From a virus, in IMG/VR virus record IMGVR_UViG_3300002855_000001, positions 1 to 64,000 of that record: a DNA stretch of 64,000 bases; one strand, 5' to 3'. The position numbers were made by a program, and so were the translations under genes. Of this stretch, positions 29,801 to 36,453 are shown one piece after another. The notes beneath the pieces were generated by a model. It did not search any database. It was given only the letters and a program-made list of their open reading frames with translations, and was not told the DNA's origin. Each line of letters starts with the position of its first letter. The stretch's first letter is position 1.

Positions 29801-31494
29801 ATGGCACAGTTCAGAACCCCATTTGGACGGATATTTTTTATGCTGATATTTCTGGGAATCTTGTTGCCCAAAATATGACTGCAAAAAGTCTAAAAATCGT
29901 TTCCGATACTGATGAGTTACTACTCGATGGAAACTCAAAATACATGGATATTGGTAAATTCGAGAATATAATTATTGACGGCAAGTTGACTGCTATTGAA
30001 AAGTTGCAAATTCTAAGTGAGCGTACACGCATTGTTTCCGAATATACTAAGCTACTCACTCAAGCTCACGAGTATGCAACATCAGATCGAGACGACTCCA
30101 TTCTAATCAATACTACTAATTTTACTAAAGTATATGAAGCACTAATTAATTATCTCGCACCTTTATTGGCTGACATGGATGTGACTTCAAATATTGATAG
30201 AGATGTATTTATTAAAAGGTTTAAGGATTACTATGATGAAGCTACTAATATTATCAATGCAATTAGTGACTCGTTAAAGTATTCGAGCGTACAATTTGGG
30301 CAAAAATTCGGAAATAATGTCTTAATCGATTATATTATGGGCGTTGTCGCCACAAGAAGTGATAATATGTATCGCTCAATTATGAATGGTACTCAAGGCT
30401 TCATAATTGAACAGAATATTGGAACTTCAGCTAATCCGAATTGGAAAAGAGTGTTTTGGGCTAATACTTCTGGTATTTTGCATGCCCAAGGTCTGAGAAT
30501 AGCAGAAGGCTTGTTCAGTGAAGGTGGCATTGAGAATTCCTACTTAATACTTCGTGACAACTTTGGAGGTATAGGAAAGTGGTTTCCAACATTGGGGCTT
30601 TTCATGGGAGCAGAGCAGCCTGAAGACAGTGGTTTTTGGGTTACGCCTGATGGGAAACTTAAGATTAAAGGTAATGCAGGTGCTGTTTTCATTGACACAG
30701 AAGCAGGTTATATGGACATGGGAAATCTTGAAATTCGAGGGGTCTCAAGAATGTCTGGCGATACTATTACAGTCAACAATGTGATTGCTGGGAGCGGTTT
30801 CATAAACAGATTAACTGTTGACAAGCTCATAACGTATGGCAAAAAAGAAGAGCTTAATCAAGTAACTGATTACATACATGTGCAGGACAATTACTTCACA
30901 TTGAAGACAGGAAGGATTACCAATAGAACTCAGACTGTCGTCAATGGAAAACCTTTGTATTGGACTAACGCCTCAAAAACTACAGCAACAGAGGAAGTCA
31001 CTCCTTATCCAATGTGGAACTTGGAAATCGATGATATAACTAAATTTATCATCGACCACAAAGGAACTGGCGATACAGCATATCCACGAATAGCTTTAGG
31101 CAGAGGTGACGGAGTAATAAAAGATCCATGGGTTGCAGATGAGCACATTGTTGACGACCCATCCAAACAGAATATTAAATCAGGTAGAGGATTCATTGAA
31201 AAACCAAATGGTAGCTTTGATCAATACTATTTCAATACATCGTATGGTAGAGAACGGAGTGTTAGACTTAAAGACGATGGTATATATCTATTCTCTGAAA
31301 ACGGAGATATTGACCAATATGCCAAAAATCTAAACTTTACTATTGACGGTGGTAAACTTAATATTACAAATTTGACAGGCACAAAGATTACTATCGACAC
31401 TTCTGGAAACATGGGAATAGAAGTCGCAGGAAATGTAAACGTAAAAGCAACAGGCTCAATTAATTTTGAAGGAAACTCATATAATTTTGCGTAA
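26833..31494 (+). CDS. tail-associated lysin-like / minor structural protein (Tal), 1553 aa
   Basis: GTG start with SD GGATGGTG. The N-terminus resembles the prophage-tail endopeptidase/Tal family. Contains coiled coils and a large internal tandem duplication. Confidence 0.65.
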   Translation: MLGDIDYNLKPIEPKIFLHKPNEEYVGKLSEAYNINRKTSLTELFSLSFELPYYVTENNQLVRNRNIDSIKDRYYVKVVIGAKVEWYIITKITESMSDSGNSKKVECIYLPQELNDKNISAYTAESKHAGQVLNDILSLTALWSVGSIDPDFLLSYRSWEFPDSTLLDAIFKIAERYNAIIEWDTVNRSFDFVKPELHGQNRLGTISHRKWLKTLEKEKNSERVITRIVPKGKDGLGIQRLTTNGANYIEDFSYWMFPFERDANKNLIKHSDYMSDSLCHAILDYQDKAKSLDGQYKNLLVQMDTQTKLLAQKQVELTTLKNQMSEITQIQLAQQFDEVMFFDKSQYSGSSKTVNFDVNSLYLYAVLIKVGNATGKTVVINGSTGTLRSGEWVVARKINKGASNISVGITGSGATEVFIQVANISQSEYDTANNSYEIVNKYNFDNKQAQITAKESEIVTVQNAIKNIQTQMSNINTQLSAVNNFTQAQREELDRYILHENFSDDTLIDDEDLLEETKKRFDELKIPQLHMNVSIENFLTLIEEQRNWDKLILGDRIIVKYEPFDLKIEAKIIEIEFDYENDDIKLTIANFKNLNTNEEMLYKYIYDSKNTTTIVNDDKHKWNQSLVDTSDMSKLFDNFWDKVTNQINMAINQTVDINDAGITVIDHNDPLRFIRLTNGAIGLTRSGGLRYETALTADGIIAEMILGKILLGSRVVIGDDDGIWMTEGAKTTITDRCGRVAMKLGLYEENPDLFGMVINRYNDIIPCSPELLNKIIANSEDGFKIQQWNGSQFVDKFSIDNNGFLQAVDMTAKRLTIKSGEDELLLDSYTKYMDIGKFENIIMDGKLTAIEKLQVLGERTRIISEYDKLLSQAIAYKTTTRDSSIRIDTTNFTDSYYDLMDYLAPLLADMEATTNIDRDEFINKFKAYYDEVTNIINAINDSIKYSSVQFGQMFNQIIIDYINGITATRSDTKFRSIMNATRGFIIQRNDGTVQNPIWTDIFYADISGNLVAQNMTAKSLKIVSDTDELLLDGNSKYMDIGKFENIIIDGKLTAIEKLQILSERTRIVSEYTKLLTQAHEYATSDRDDSILINTTNFTKVYEALINYLAPLLADMDVTSNIDRDVFIKRFKDYYDEATNIINAISDSLKYSSVQFGQKFGNNVLIDYIMGVVATRSDNMYRSIMNGTQGFIIEQNIGTSANPNWKRVFWANTSGILHAQGLRIAEGLFSEGGIENSYLILRDNFGGIGKWFPTLGLFMGAEQPEDSGFWVTPDGKLKIKGNAGAVFIDTEAGYMDMGNLEIRGVSRMSGDTITVNNVIAGSGFINRLTVDKLITYGKKEELNQVTDYIHVQDNYFTLKTGRITNRTQTVVNGKPLYWTNASKTTATEEVTPYPMWNLEIDDITKFIIDHKGTGDTAYPRIALGRGDGVIKDPWVADEHIVDDPSKQNIKSGRGFIEKPNGSFDQYYFNTSYGRERSVRLKDDGIYLFSENGDIDQYAKNLNFTIDGGKLNITNLTGTKITIDTSGNMGIEVAGNVNVKATGSINFEGNSYNFA
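29260..29874 (+). repeat. tandem duplication unit 1 inside the Tal gene (about 205 codons)
   Basis: MTAKRLTIKSGEDELLLDSYTKYMDIGKFENIIMDGKLTAIEKLQVL... is repeated in unit 2. Confidence 0.85.
29875..30492 (+). repeat. tandem duplication unit 2 inside the Tal gene
   Basis: MTAKSLKIVSDTDELLLDGNSKYMDIGKFENIIIDGKLTAIEKLQIL... is collinear with unit 1 along its whole length, with many synonymous differences. Confidence 0.85.
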
Positions 31495-31503
31495 ACTAGT
31501 GAA

Positions 31504-31560
31504 ATCCTTCCAATTGTGTGTTACACTAATATAAAGAATAAAATATAAAATTGGAAGGAT
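31504..31560 (+). promoter_or_regulatory. 12-bp perfect inverted repeat able to sequester the SD and start of the ankyrin gene
   Basis: ATCCTTCCAATT (31504-31515) and AATTGGAAGGAT (31549-31560). The right arm contains the SD GGAAGG and the first ATG. Confidence 0.5.
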
Positions 31561-31567
31561 GAATTAT

Positions 31568-32290
31568 ATGAGTTCAAAATTAAAGCATAAGGCACAACTG
31601 GCAATAGCTTTTCTATGTGGGGCGTTTCTCTTTTCTGCGGCAGGAGCTTACGCTGCAACAGAGATAATTGCAAAACAATCATCTTATAAAGTTAAAGTTG
31701 ATGGAATTGAACAAAAGCTATCCAACAAACCAGTTACTATTAATGGAAGTGCTTATCTGCCAGTTCGTGAAGTTGCTAGTATTACAGGCTATGACGTTAA
31801 ATTTGATGGTAAATCAGGCACTATTAATTTACTTGGAGAAGGCTACGTCGAATCTTCCGCTGAAAAAACAAGCAATCCAAACAAGGATGGAGTATATGTG
31901 AAAAACCTAAGCACTAAGTACAACAACGATAAAGATCAACTAGACGCTTCTCTGCTAAAGGAAGCTATCAAATCAGGAGAATTGAATGTAAATGCCCAAG
32001 ATCAAGACACAGGAGAAAGTTTATTTCATCTTGTGATCAAACAAAACAATTTTCCTGCTTATGAAGTAATTAAAGCAAATAAGATTAATCCCAGCCTGAA
32101 AGACAATGAAGGGTTGACACCTTTACATGTTGCAGTGATCGAGGAAAATAGCTTTTACTATGGTGAATTAAAAAATGAATTCAATGTCAAGCAACACAAG
32201 GATAACAGTGGAAAATATCCAATTGACTATGCAGGTGGAGTCTCTTCGACTTTTCATCGCTCGTTGTTACATGTAGATAAAGCTGAGTGA
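31568..32290 (+). CDS. secreted protein: signal peptide + Cu-amine-oxidase-N-like wall-binding domain + ankyrin repeats
   Basis: LAIAFLCGAFLFSAAGAYA signal peptide. VTINGSAYLPVREVASITGYDVKFDGKSGTINL matches the endolysin C-terminal repeats. GESLFHLVIKQNN and GLTPLHVAVIEEN are ankyrin-type. The track start 31559 abuts the SD, so ATG 31568 is preferred. Confidence 0.6.
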   Translation: MSSKLKHKAQLAIAFLCGAFLFSAAGAYAATEIIAKQSSYKVKVDGIEQKLSNKPVTINGSAYLPVREVASITGYDVKFDGKSGTINLLGEGYVESSAEKTSNPNKDGVYVKNLSTKYNNDKDQLDASLLKEAIKSGELNVNAQDQDTGESLFHLVIKQNNFPAYEVIKANKINPSLKDNEGLTPLHVAVIEENSFYYGELKNEFNVKQHKDNSGKYPIDYAGGVSSTFHRSLLHVDKAE

Positions 32291-32381
32291 TTGATCAAAA
32301 CAATAATTCAATTATTGACCACTTTTCACAAATAAGGTAGAATTGTGTAGATTTTACTTTATAAAACGAGGAGTGGTCTTT

Positions 32382-33014
32382 TTGGATAATTTAGAACTTG
32401 GCTCAGAAGAAATAAACAGCAATCCAGCATCGGTTAAAAAAACAAACTGGTTAAGAATCAGTGTTCGTTTTATTGCAGTTTTACTAATTTTAGGTTCAAT
32501 CTTTTTTGTGTACAACAAATTTCTATCAGAAGAAGCAAAAGTAAAAAGAGTAGTAGCCAAGTATGTAAAAGCAATTCAACGTGGAGAAAGTACTTATGAT
32601 TACAAGAAAAGTCTTTCCATGGACGATTTTATCGATATTATTGATTATAAATACATTCGAGTAGTATCCAAAGAGAAAAGAGAAGTTACTCTAACAGTTG
32701 ATAGAAAAATGTACGATAGCTATGTTAAATATGAAATAGGCTCTGCTAAGGATTTTGACACTTTTGAAGAATTTTTCGAACACGAAAGAAGTGAAGCAGC
32801 GAAGAGAGAAGCGCAAGAAAATACTAAGTATGAAGTTTTATACGAAACCGATTCCTCGTTCACTTATACTTGGGGGAGTACATATGACGAATATGAATTA
32901 CTTTATGACATGCAATTGACCAATGGTTTGGGCGGTTTAGTTTATAAAAAAGTGTACTTTACTATAGATAATGAAGAGCGTGACACCTTTAAGATTTCGA
33001 GCACATATTATTAA
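32382..33014 (+). CDS. membrane-anchored protein, paralog of 35551-36138
   Basis: One N-terminal TM helix (WLRISVRFIAVLLILGSIFFVY). Shares the motifs KYVKAIQRGES and VYFTIDNEE..FKIS with the paralog. TTG 32382 lies 8 nt after the SD GAGGAG (track start 32343). Confidence 0.55.
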   Translation: MDNLELGSEEINSNPASVKKTNWLRISVRFIAVLLILGSIFFVYNKFLSEEAKVKRVVAKYVKAIQRGESTYDYKKSLSMDDFIDIIDYKYIRVVSKEKREVTLTVDRKMYDSYVKYEIGSAKDFDTFEEFFEHERSEAAKREAQENTKYEVLYETDSSFTYTWGSTYDEYELLYDMQLTNGLGGLVYKKVYFTIDNEERDTFKISSTYY

Positions 33015-33057
33015 ATATCACTGAAGTATCATTATTAGGCAATTAAATATCAGCAAT

Positions 33058-33095
33058 AAAAAGAACTCATTCTGCATTGAATAGAGTTCTTTTTT
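33058..33095. terminator. bidirectional terminator between convergent genes
   Basis: A-run, AAGAACTC...GAGTTCTT stem, T-run. Lies between 32382-33014 (+) and 33147-33329 (-). Confidence 0.7.
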
Positions 33096-33146
33096 ATATT
33101 TACTTTTTTATCACTTTAATGAACTATTGATACTTTGTAAAAACTA

Positions 33147-33329
33147 TTATTTTTCATTTTTGGGAAGAACACCGATTTCTTTAAAGTAAAGATCAAAAGC
33201 GTTATCAAAAAGCCTAGATTTTGTTATCCCAGTTTTTTCGGAATACTCATCCAGTAATGTGTATAAATCATTTCGTAGTGTATTTGTGAATTGCACTCGG
33301 CTTTTAAGTTTTTTCTTGCTCATGTGCAT
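33147..33329 (-). CDS. ribbon-helix-helix (CopG/Arc-like) DNA-binding protein, candidate repressor
   Basis: Beta strand SRVQFTNTL followed by two helices (RNDLYTLLDEYSEKTG, TKSRLFDNAFDLYF). SD GGAGG. Divergent from 33518-34519. Confidence 0.55.
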   Translation of the reverse strand: MHMSKKKLKSRVQFTNTLRNDLYTLLDEYSEKTGITKSRLFDNAFDLYFKEIGVLPKNEK

Positions 33330-33360
33330 TAACCTCCATTAACTATAATTGACTTCATTT

Positions 33361-33389
33361 ATCATAACATAAAAACAAGGAATGGTAAA
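33361..33389 (-). promoter_or_regulatory. candidate sigma-A-type promoter for the RHH gene
   Basis: On the minus strand: -35 TTTACC (33384-33389), 17-nt spacer, -10 TATGAT (33361-33366). Confidence 0.4.
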
Positions 33390-33400
33390 ATATCAAAATA

Positions 33401-33460
33401 TCAAATGACTGTAATTATGTATAAATAAAAATAATTATTTATACTTGAAGTCAAATGACT
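33401..33460. repeat. operator-like repeats in the divergent control region
   Basis: Direct repeats TCAAATGACT at 33401-33410 and 33451-33460 flank the palindrome GTATAAATAA-N6-TTATTTATAC (33419-33444). Confidence 0.6.
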
Positions 33461-33473
33461 CCAATGATATAAT
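33445..33473 (+). promoter_or_regulatory. candidate sigma-A-type promoter for 33518-34519
   Basis: -35 TTGAAG (33445-33450), 17-nt spacer containing the second TCAAATGACT copy, TG-extended -10 TATAAT (33468-33473). Confidence 0.55.
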
Positions 33474-33517
33474 CGTCTCAAGAAACAATAACATTTGTAT
33501 TATAAGGAGAGATGATT

Positions 33518-34519
33518 ATGTTGCAACAAGAACAATTGTTAGAATCAGTGGAACTGAGAAACAAAATGATCCAAAACACTAGTGTACTAGATAAGGTGAA
33601 AATCTTATCAATGCTTCCTAACGGTGAGCATTTGACAACAATCATGATTGCCCACTATTACGAAGTGAGCGAAGAAGTTATTAATATGGTTGTAAAACGA
33701 CACAGAGACGAATTGGAACTAGATGGGATGGAAGTTGCGTCAGGGGAAAGACTAGTGTACATAAAGTACACTTGTGAAATGAAGTCAAATAAGGCACGAC
33801 AAATGATCATATTCAACCGCAGATGTGTCTTACGTATTGGAATGTTACTACGTGATAGTAAAGTTGCAAAGCAGCTCAGAACCTATCTTCTTAACATTGA
33901 AGAACAAGCGACTCAACAACAAAAATCAAAAGCAACAAGAGGTAGTCGATGGGATGGTAAAGACTTGATTCTATATGATCGAATTGTTGTGGGTATTAAC
34001 GAAGGAAAAACTCTCAGTCAAATCTGTGAAGAGGTAGCTCCAACAATTAACGAAACCTCAACAGCTTGTAGAAACAGATACACACAAAAAATTAAGACAA
34101 TGATTTCTAATAAAGAGTTAGTTACTAAGATAGAGAGTAATCGAGGAAGCCATCTTCGTGTAGTCGAAACGAAAATAGAGAAAAATGATACACCTGCTGA
34201 TGCTCGTGGTATCGAAATACCAACTTGGGCTGAAACTTATCTTAATCATGTTGTCCAGATGAACATTGAAACCAATGAGTTAATCAAAAAAGCAAATGAT
34301 GATCTAAAAGAATTAACTGAAAGTAAGATAAGCAATTTAGAGGAGTTATTACAACAAAAAACCGAAGAACTCAAACTTGTAAAATCTCGTAATAGAAAGT
34401 TGGCTGAAGAGCTTAAACAAACAAGGGCAGTAATTGCTTCTGCTGTAAAAATTGGTGTAAACGAAACTATCCAACAAACTTTCAAAATGAGCAAAAATGG
34501 GAACTTGGAACGATTGTGA
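33518..34519 (+). CDS. DNA-binding regulator: anti-repressor/ORF6N-like N-terminus + RsfA-type Myb-like domain + coiled coil
   Basis: HLTTIMIAHYYEVSEEVINMVVKRHRDEL resembles ORF6N/Ant-type domains. RWDGKDLILYDRIVVGINEGKTLSQICEEVA...TSTACRNRY resembles the RsfA Myb-like repeat. Second ATG 33518 is preferred over 33512. Confidence 0.5.
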   Translation: MLQQEQLLESVELRNKMIQNTSVLDKVKILSMLPNGEHLTTIMIAHYYEVSEEVINMVVKRHRDELELDGMEVASGERLVYIKYTCEMKSNKARQMIIFNRRCVLRIGMLLRDSKVAKQLRTYLLNIEEQATQQQKSKATRGSRWDGKDLILYDRIVVGINEGKTLSQICEEVAPTINETSTACRNRYTQKIKTMISNKELVTKIESNRGSHLRVVETKIEKNDTPADARGIEIPTWAETYLNHVVQMNIETNELIKKANDDLKELTESKISNLEELLQQKTEELKLVKSRNRKLAEELKQTRAVIASAVKIGVNETIQQTFKMSKNGNLERL

Positions 34520-34608
34520 ACTGTCGAACGATTTACATATGAGGCAATGTCTCAAGCGGTAACTGATCATTAATTCTCAAAATCAAAGAAAGTTGAGGGA
34601 TATGTATC

Positions 34609-35022
34609 ATGAATAGTAACGTACATCTTCAGCAAGTTTATGAATTAAATCAGCAGTTTGTCAGTTCTAATAAAAATTTCAAATGGGATTTTATTGAACA
34701 AGTTCTAGCTATATTGCCTAAAATTTCGGAAGATGTTGAGACTTCAACAATGCTCGTTAAGCCAATTTATGTGTATTATTTCTTTAATTCGGAGGGAGAG
34801 TGTTTATTTGAACTTACTGATGATGAAGAGGTTGCGCAGCAAAGCGGTGAAGAATATGAAGTCGCAAGTTTAGAGCAATTGAATGAGAATCTTGGTAATG
34901 GAAATGATGATGTTTATCAAGGGATACTGTTCACGTCTGACGGTTTATGTGAATACATTGAAGACGTTGTATATTTTAATGGCTGCACAAAGATTACTAA
35001 GTGTGAGTATAAACCTATTTAA
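34609..35022 (+). CDS. small strongly acidic hypothetical protein
   Basis: SD GAGGGA. 137 aa with Asp/Glu-rich stretches (TDDEEVAQQSGEEYEVASLEQLNENLGNGNDD). Confidence 0.65.
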   Translation: MNSNVHLQQVYELNQQFVSSNKNFKWDFIEQVLAILPKISEDVETSTMLVKPIYVYYFFNSEGECLFELTDDEEVAQQSGEEYEVASLEQLNENLGNGNDDVYQGILFTSDGLCEYIEDVVYFNGCTKITKCEYKPI

Positions 35023-35026
35023 CCTT

Positions 35027-35061
35027 AAAGCTAGCAAGAGCTAATTTCTTGCTAGCTTTTT
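35027..35061 (+). terminator. intrinsic terminator
   Basis: Perfect 12-bp stem AAAGCTAGCAAG/CTTGCTAGCTTT followed by a T run. Confidence 0.75.
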
Positions 35062-35144
35062 CAAAATAAAGTAAACTAGTCAAAACGAATTAATACTAAA
35101 TGTGTTCTAATCAATAAAAAATGTTAGCAGGGAGATGTTGACTA

Positions 35145-35372
35145 ATGTGTAACGAGGATAAGACAGACACATCAACACTACAAGATAAACTCAAAGTAGC
35201 TAATGATAAAGTTGATGCACGTATTGATGACATTTGGGCTGAAGCTGAAGAAAATCTTCGGAAGCTTGCAAACAAAAACACTAAAAAGAATGAACAAGGG
35301 CAAACAGTTTTATCTTCAGATAGTCCATATCGTAAGGAAGAAGGATGGGAATATTCAACTAAAGATGAATAA
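35145..35372 (+). CDS. small hydrophilic hypothetical protein (75 aa)
   Basis: SD GGGAG about 10 nt upstream of the ATG. Normal residue composition, unlike the overlapping minus-strand 152-aa ORF. Confidence 0.4.
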   Translation: MCNEDKTDTSTLQDKLKVANDKVDARIDDIWAEAEENLRKLANKNTKKNEQGQTVLSSDSPYRKEEGWEYSTKDE

Positions 35373-35461
35373 CGTATATCAAATCCTGTGAACTTCCTAT
35401 TGATTACAATGACAAATAGAAACTGGGGTAAACATGAATAGATAAGGCTATTTGCATTTGA

Positions 35462-35544
35462 TTTAGATAATATTTTACACTTCCTTAAAAATTTACAAGG
35501 AAAACCTCTCAATATGTCGAATTGATATGAGACTAAGGGAGGAG
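35462..35544 (+). repeat. conserved promoter/leader element, copy A (upstream of membrane-protein paralog)
   Basis: The first 18 nt, TTTAGATAATATTTTACA, are identical to copy B, and roughly three-quarters of the whole element is identical by eye. Contains TAGATA-16 nt-TAAAAA, anti-SD CCTCTC (35505-35510) and SD AAGGGAGG. Confidence 0.6.
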
Positions 35545-35550
35545 AACAAG

Positions 35551-36138
35551 ATGTCGAGTGCATTTTCAAAAACGGTTAACAGAAAAGGTATTCTTTTGGG
35601 GTTGGTGGGGTTTGTTATATTGGTGCTGGCTGTTTGTTTGTATTTCATAAACTCTGCTTCTTTCGAACAGCAGTCTAAAAAACTTGTGCATGGCTATTTA
35701 AAAGCAGTTCAAAACAAAGATACAGAAAGAGCAAAATCAATGATAGATGAATTTGTTGACGACTTGAGGGATGTTAATAAATTCAAGTTCAAAGAAGCAT
35801 TGGATTATCAAGTAGTTGACAAGACTAATGTCATTAATGAGGAATTATATAGATTTTATAAAGATAACAATAGCTCGACTGTAAAATACTATGATAACTT
35901 TGAACAATTTTATCAAAGTGAAACTGATAAGATCAAAGAGATGGCAAAAATCAATCCGAACTTCAAAGTTATTCGTGACGAAGAAAACGAATTTGTTTAC
36001 ACCAATGGAAAACCTTATGAAGAAATAGCAATTGTTTTTGAGGTGGGCTTTCTAGAGGGAGTTGGAGATATAGTATATAGAGATGTTTATTTTAACGTTG
36101 ATGACAAAGATGGGCTTAAAATCACATTGATTTATTAA
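35551..36138 (+). CDS. membrane-anchored protein, paralog of 32382-33014
   Basis: TM helix GILLGLVGFVILVLAVCLYFI. Motifs GYLKAVQNKDTERAK and VYFNVDDKDGLKITLIY parallel the paralog. The track start 35527 lies upstream of the SD AAGGGAGGAG, so ATG 35551 is preferred. Confidence 0.55.
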   Translation: MSSAFSKTVNRKGILLGLVGFVILVLAVCLYFINSASFEQQSKKLVHGYLKAVQNKDTERAKSMIDEFVDDLRDVNKFKFKEALDYQVVDKTNVINEELYRFYKDNNSSTVKYYDNFEQFYQSETDKIKEMAKINPNFKVIRDEENEFVYTNGKPYEEIAIVFEVGFLEGVGDIVYRDVYFNVDDKDGLKITLIY

Positions 36139-36360
36139 TTAGCTTTAAGTTTTGTAAAGAATGAAGTTATTGACACAGAAACACGATACCTATCATCTGA
36201 TCAATTAAGTCCTAACGAACAGAAACAATTTGAAATTATTTCAAAATATACGAATGAAGTATCTAACTTCAGAGTTGAGATATCAGACTATATGTTTCAA
36301 TAGAATAATTCTCTGAAATGCTTGAATCTAAGTATATCTACTTATATAACATAATGAAAT

Positions 36361-36440
36361 TTTAGATAATATTTTACATTTTTCTAAAATTAACAAGGAA
36401 TTCCTCTTTTTGTGTCGAAAGTAGTAGGACTAAAGGGAGG
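36361..36440 (+). repeat. conserved promoter/leader element, copy B (upstream of NYN gene)
   Basis: Collinear with copy A: TAGATA-16 nt-TAAAAT, ACAAGGAA, anti-SD CCTCTT (36403-36408), TGTCGAA, GACTAAAGGGAGG. Confidence 0.6.
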
Positions 36441-36453
36441 TATTTATCAAAAA

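Noticed and set aside
35111-35569. 152-aa minus-strand ORF from the track
   Set aside because: It is antisense to the better-supported 35145-35372 ORF and to the conserved leader and SD of 35551-36138. It has a Ser/Cys/Leu/Phe-rich shadow-ORF composition and no SD. It is the only minus-strand candidate in a plus-strand block apart from the RHH gene.
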